Below are positions 57,770 through 64,000 of a DNA stretch of 64,000 bases, piece by piece (position 1 is the first letter of the stretch; each line of letters begins with the position of its first letter). The notes under the pieces were generated by a model, which saw only the letters and a list, made by a program, of their open reading frames with translations, was not told the origin of the DNA and did no database searches. The position numbers were made by a program, and so were the translations under genes. Origin of the DNA: Eledone cirrhosa (lineage: Eukaryota). The DNA is taken from NCBI GenBank assembly GCA_964016885.1, contig OZ024741.1, positions 207,514,001 through 207,578,000 of the forward strand. The letters are read 5' to 3'.

Positions 57770-59210
57770 GTTTCTTCTTTTGGCACAAGTCCAGCAATTA
57801 CCCAGTGCATTACTGGTACTTTATGTTATCGACCCCATAAGGATGAAAGGCAAAGTTAACCTCAAATTACTTTGAATAAATAATTGTCTCTACTTTAGGC
57901 ACAAGGCCTGCAATTACCCAGTGCATTACTGGTACTCTATTTTATCGACCCCGTAAGGATGAAAGGCAAAGTCAACCTCAGCGGGATTTGATCTCAGATC
58001 GTAAAGGGACGTAACTATGCTGGAAAGCATGGCGTCCTACCCTCTATTGATACTGCCAATCCACCGTTGAATAAATAATGAATGAATATTACATAATGTA
58101 TGTACTAAATTTCGTAGCTGTTAATTAAACATAAATATTCTTATATATAATAATTGTTTATTTTAAGATTCAATTCTTTTAAAATGTTCAAATGTCACTA
58201 CTTCCGGTTATGATATAACGGACGCATATCGCATATCGCATATCGCTTATATAAACGTTCATATATTTGCATCGTTATATCATAACGTTTATATTTCCGT
58301 CGCTAATTTTCTCCTTTTTCGTTTTCATTAAATTTCACTGTAATACAGTTTATATATAATATCGTCTTTTTTAAATGTATCATGGATTACTTTACTGATT
58401 ACATAAGAGAGTGTAACACAGTCTCTCTTCAATTTCTGTGCATATTGTCAATTACGATTTTATTTGATGTATCATATCTACATGCACGTATATTTGCACA
58501 CTATACATGTCAGCAGAAAACCACCCGAAGGGTTTTTTCTGCTAGTAATAGTAATAATTGTTTCTACTTTCGGCGCAAGGACTGCAATTTTGCGGAGGGG
58601 AAATCGATTAAATTGATCTCAGTGCATTACTGGTACTTTATTTTATCGACTTCATAAGGATGAAAGGCAAAGTTAACTTCGGCGGGATTTGAACTCAGAT
58701 CATAAAGGGTCGTAACTGATCTGAGTTCAAATCCCGCCGAGGTTAACTTTGCCTTTCATCCTTACGGGGTCGATAAAATAAAGTACCAGTAATGCACTGG
58801 GATAATTGCTGGCCTTGTGCCAAAAAAGTAGAAACAATTATTATTATTGTTATTGTACCCTGTCTTTGCGTGTCCCCTCTATCCTTTACCATTGTAGAAA
58901 ATAAATGAAATCATTCGATAAAATAAAGTGCCAGTCATGCACCAGAGTCGATTTAATCGAACCCCCCCCCCCCCCCTTCAAAATTACAAGCCTTACGCCT
59001 AAAGTAGAAACAGTTAAACAATAATAATAATTGTTTCAAGGCCAGCAATTACCCAGTGCATTACTGGTACTTTATTTTATCGACCCCATAAGGATGAAAG
59101 GCAAAGTCAACCTCGGCGGGATTTGAACTCAGATCGTAAAGGGACGTAACTATGTTGGAAAGCATGGCGTCCGACCCTCTACCGATACTGCCAATCCACC
59201 GCCCTAAACA

Positions 59211-59258
<48 letters not shown>

Positions 59259-59443
59259 TGTTTCTACTTTAGGCACAAGGCCAGCAATTACCCAGTGCGT
59301 TACTGGTACTTTATTTCATCGACCCCGTAAGGATGAAAGGCAAAGTCAACCTCGGCGGGATTTGAACTCAGATCGTAAAGGGACGTAACTATGCTGGAAA
59401 GCATAACGTCCGACCCTCCACCGATACTGCCAATCCGCCGCCC
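57770..59443. mobile_element. Cluster of about 7 SINE copies or fragments
   Basis: Copies near 57770(-), 57885(-), 58558(-)/58718(+), 58915(+), 59030(-) and 59258(-). Further copies at 56563(+) and 60870(-). Confidence 0.88.
58100..58545 (+). mobile_element. Helitron, same family as 21392-21798, 5' end degraded
   Basis: Reverse-complement homology to that copy. Ends agcagaaaaccacccgaagggttttttctgCTAG|T. Confidence 0.8.
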
Positions 59444-59475
59444 TTATAATAATAATAATAATGATCACAACATAC

Positions 59476-59711
59476 CGTTGAAATTGTCAACTCGTTGCCA
59501 AGGATGTTGGTATAGAGACTTTTCACCTTGTTATTGCTTGTATCGAAAAACATAAGGGTGTAATGTTCTGGGTCTGAACTGAACTGAATCCAGCGAACAC
59601 GTGGTGTCTTCCTCATCTGCCAAGGTGTCAACGATGTGGCAGCTGAAGGGTTAACGTCTAAATTGGGATACATATCCATCTTGTATTTATTACCGCATGC
59701 TTTGTACTCTC
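59476..59711 (-). CDS. Tandem-PEBP protein exon 2 (N-half of degenerate PEBP domain 1)
   Basis: Acceptor ttccAG|GA (phase 1), donor ACG|GTATG (phase 0). Translates EYKACGNKY...TPRVRW...HYTLMFFD...LYTNILGNELTIST, with PEBP-like YTLxxxD and NIxGN motifs. Confidence 0.85.
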
Positions 59712-59849
59712 CTGGAAAATTATAAAAATACAATTTATGAATAAATATTATTTCCGGTGGAGGCCATGGGCAAAACCCGTTTCTTCAGACAAAACCATAA
59801 AATATAAACAAATAATAACTTCAAAAATATGGTGTTAAATCCGTTTGGT

Positions 59850-59957
<108 letters not shown>

Positions 59958-62486
59958 ACACACATATATATATTTAGTCTTGTTTGAAAATCGGAGCCTT
60001 ATTAAACATATAGGCTTTTGGACTGAGAATCAAGCAGGATAGTTTCGCATATGTTTAGGCTCCATAGGGAGAGCTTATCTTTGTTTTCTACAAAATGCAA
60101 ACAAGACTAAGCACACCACTTCATTTACATAGTTTCACGGCCCGATATAAATAACCATAGTATCAATACAACTTGGGTTGTAAATGCTTGCATATGTAAG
60201 GCAACAATTATGAAGTTAATATATAAGTACCGTCCTTACTCTAGTTATGTACAAATATAATTTAATACTATAATGCAACCTGATAATTGTCTATATTTAA
60301 TTCTGATCGCAGTTCCTGAATAAAGTTGCCAGAACAGAGAACGTGACACTACGGCTAGTGTCCAAGGAAGAATTCTCTCGAAAATTTATAAATTTAATGA
60401 ATCTTCTACAATCAGACATTGTGGGGAGGAAACAGCCAACTAAATCGACTCCAGTATAAAAGAGAAAATCGACTTCGGTAGGATTTGAACCAAGAATCTA
60501 AAGGGACAGAACAAACTCTGTAAGTTATTTACCCTTGCGCTTCAATGGTTCTGTCGATTCAAACCAATGTAAGACATAAAAGATAAGCAGTTCCTCTGAT
60601 GTTGGCGAACAAGTTTGTCTCCTCTCTTAAGATGGATGATATAATGTTTCATACAAATTTAAGTTGAAATTGAAGCTTTTATTTCATTCGTAATGTATGA
60701 ACCTGTAATTCTTGATGGAGACATGGGGGCGCCGTAGTGACATATGGTGTGAATTGAGCAATTTATCCCTGGCGAAGCCCATGTCCTCTCCAGGTCTGAA
60801 CACAGCCGAATTCTTATAGACAAGGAAAGAGGGTGATAAAAAGAAAATGAGAAAAATATATAGTGGAAGAATCGACCCCAGTATTGGACTAACAGTTTTT
60901 TTTTATCGACCACGAAATGTTGAAAGGCAAAGTTGACCTCAGTTGGGTTTGAATTCAGAACGTAAAGACCTGAACATATATTGCTAAGTATTTTGTCCGA
61001 CGCTCTATCGACTCTGCCGATTTACCGCCCTTCAATTATATTAATTTCTAGCTTAGGCATAACGACAGACGTAGTCAAGAAGTTCATTTCGCAACCGCTG
61101 TTTTCAGTTCGATTTTACTGCACAGAATTTTGTGTAAATGCTTTTTGTTTTTTTACTGTAGTCTAGGGCCGACGAAAACTCTGTGGGGGAAAGTCTGCAA
61201 CAGCTTTGTGTCGATTAAAGTCTGTGAGTGACATTTCCAGACGGAAACTCTGTAGAAGGCAGTCAGAGGGATCGTTCCTGCTCTGGGTAGAAAGCATAAT
61301 TTAACACCCAGTTTAGCACCAGCATCTGGTGCCATTAGCGGAGTCAGCTCTGTTGAAAACATTTGAACAAGGTCTCTGGTTTGAGGATAACGTTTTCCTT
61401 TCTCTCAGCTTCAAAGACATCGTAAAATGTTTATGAATGACGCTCTCCCTCTCTACTTCTCGTCCACATCCCTCTTAACCCCGTACTTACGCTTCCTCGT
61501 CGTCTAATTAGATAGAATAAGAGAGAAACAGGAAAATATGTAACCTTCGGATGAAAAGCCAGCTCTCACACCGAGTTAACACCATAATACAATTTAAAGT
61601 CAAACACATTCATCACGTGATATGACTAACACGAGAGTGCGTATAATGTTAACATCAATATGTGATTAAGCTAACGTTGTAACATGTAATAGAGTTTGTA
61701 GCGAGAGATGATAGTACTATTTTATCGCTGTGACGTAATTTAGTCGTGCTTATAGGGTTGGTGACGTATGAATACAAATAACCACTTTCGCGCAGTAGTA
61801 GAACGTGCCTTTTTCGAAACTAACTAGTCGTTGAGTTTTGGACGTTGATAGTGCAACAGCTCGTAACTCGCCTTCCCACTGTTTTGATTTTTCTCTCCTA
61901 CCTTGAGAGTAGTTCGTTAAGCGGCCTTTCAGAGATTTACCATTTATCTGTCAACTTTCTTTTACCAAATATTCCATTCTTACGGATGAAACATTATTAT
62001 CATTCCTATAACCGCTTTGAAAATGTTACCAACTTTAATAGAGATAGTAAGTATTGATAAATTAGTGCATGCCTCATTACATTTTAGCCTACTAAAAACA
62101 TTTATTTCACTGACATCGCCACAGAGAAAACTTTACTGCATACACTTTGTGCACGTTGTTCAAACACATAAAAATAAATTATTTTTGTATAAAAACTAGC
62201 CTTCTGATATATTTTTTGAACCATTGGAACACTTCTTCAACATCTCCATCTTCCTAAAGTGGCAATCTTGCTAAAAAATGATACTGCCTACTATTGTCGC
62301 ATTTGATTGGGTTATCATTGCTGCACGGGATTTAGATAACATTATATCATGTTATATAGTTACTAACACAACACGGGTTGATATGATGACAAAGGAGAGA
62401 GGTAGAAATAAGAGGTTCTACATTACCTTGTGGAGAACGATATGAGACGTTCAAATAGCGATCGAATCGCTTGATGTTGAACTGAC

Positions 62487-62783
62487 CTGGCTCAAACAAT
62501 AAAGTTAATAGGCTATCACCATTGTTATTGTCGTTCCTATGGCTGATAGTTGTGGTGGTGATGTCAGTGGTGGTGATGGTTAGTGGTTCTTTATAGCAGG
62601 AAATATCCAATTTGGCTTTGTAAGACGGACACAACGAAGAATAAATCCTTCCAAACCAAAAGAGGTCATCACTAGTAAATATTGTCGTGATGAGGTTGAG
62701 ACATTTAAGTATGGTCTGGGCATGATCACCACCACACGTTTTGTTCACTGTTGTTGCTGTAGCAATTATATTGATTGTTGATA
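62487..62783 (-). CDS. Tandem-PEBP protein, first visible exon (end of probable signal peptide, Cys-containing segment, Thr-rich linker)
   Basis: Acceptor tttcAG|TA (phase 1) and donor CCAG|GTCAGT (phase 1). Open frame STINIIATATTVNKTCGG...DSLLTLLFEP joins in frame to G-EYKACG of the next exon, and the join parallels the second repeat LYVSFRSDGITYQSCC. Confidence 0.7.
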
Positions 62784-63052
62784 CTGAAATGTAGACAAAA
62801 CACAACATTAATTCTGAATGCTCTGCATGTGTGTGAGAACATTTACTTGCATACATGTGCTTTACCTCGTGTTCCCCGCCCTTTTCGGTATGTTCTCTGC
62901 GTGTTTTTCTCTTTTTTTCCCTTTTTAATTTTTTTTTTCACTCTTTTTTTCCTTCCCCAATAACTTTCACAAGTTATTGACGCACTGGAGTTAGACATAT
63001 TGTCTTTAATGCATTGAAATATCCGTGACCTCCAGCAGACAATTGAAGAAGG

Positions 63053-63127
<75 letters not shown>

Positions 63128-63603
63128 ATAGAGAGAGAGAGAGAGAAAGAGAGGGGGAGAGGGGGAGAGAAAGGGAAATAGAAAAAGAGATAGAATATAC
63201 ATGGTATAATGGGAATAAGAGACAGATATCAATAAATAATTTTATTATTGTCTATGATCTCTTCGATTCTGTACTGGATGCTCGTATTAAGAGGGGTGGG
63301 AGGGTGCTAAGCTGTCAACTGATCACCATCTAGTTATCTGCAACTTGCGACTACCTAAAACCAAAGGAGCCCACAAAACTGGCAGGTCCATGGCGACCTA
63401 CAGGATAGAGTGGGAAGCATTGGTGGATGAGGATGTCAGATACTATTGCATCAAAATTCAGAGAACTCCCGGAGCAAACTGAGGACGTTGAGATAGAGTG
63501 GAGATTGTTCAGCGCAGCAGATTCTGCTTCAGCTGCTAAATGCTGCGGTCGAAAAACGGCTTGGTGAGGCGCCAGATGGCAGGAGGATCCCTGAGAAAAT
63601 CAT

Positions 63604-63609
63604 CACCAC

Positions 63610-63646
<37 letters not shown>

Positions 63647-63647
63647 G

Positions 63648-63684
<37 letters not shown>

Positions 63685-64000
63685 TTTACGTCCGCTTTTC
63701 CCTGTTTGCAAGGGTGGGACGGGTCCTATTCAGCACAGCATCTCTCCACTTGTCATGGTCCTTCGTCATCTCCACCGTGAGCTTCAGCGATCTGAGGTCT
63801 GTTCTCACCACCTCCACCATGTTTTTCGTTGACTTCCTCTACTACGTCTTCCTTCAACTGGCATTTCTTGGCACTTCTTCACTCATCGGTCATCCTCCAT
63901 GCGCATCAGATGTCCATACCATCGCAGTCTCCTCCCTCGCACACTATAATTTATCCCTCTCAGACAGAGTTTCTCTCTCAACACATATTCCACGCACATT
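63604..64000 (-). mobile_element. RTE-clade LINE 3' end with (GAT)n tail
   Basis: Minus frame RRLRWYGHLMRM...VEGRRSRG..RKTW followed by a (GAT)n tail at 63604-63683. Confidence 0.8.

Noticed and set aside
60700-60815. Extra PEBP-gene exon (RIRLCSDL...SRIT)
   Set aside because: The donor is weak (GTTCAT), and exon 62487-62783 already joins 59711 in phase with a motif-consistent junction.

Overview
AT-rich, microsatellite-dense animal DNA. It is most consistent with a coleoid cephalopod (octopus-like), inferred from the Nin/Deu-domain tRNA-SINE, abundant Naiad-type Penelope elements and (TA)n density. One host gene crosses the window on the minus strand: 8 phase-compatible GT-AG exons (62783 down to 16815, about 530 aa, 5' end not found) encoding a probably secreted or GPI-anchored tandem-PEBP protein. 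Almost everything else is mobile DNA: Penelope-like elements (PLEs), a Gypsy LTR element lacking RT, Helitrons, a Chapaev3-type element, Tx1 and RTE LINE fragments, and SINEs. The main signal is RNA structure. About 20 type I hammerhead ribozyme (HHR) cores can be read by eye. They include an exact six-copy 466-bp HHR array and a diverged 422-bp relative with compensatory base changes and an identical 3' breakpoint into (TA)n, which together suggest a retrozyme-like non-coding family. Many small fold-back insertions in (TA)n tracts also turn around at or inside an HHR. All calls were made by eye, with no database searches or folding runs.
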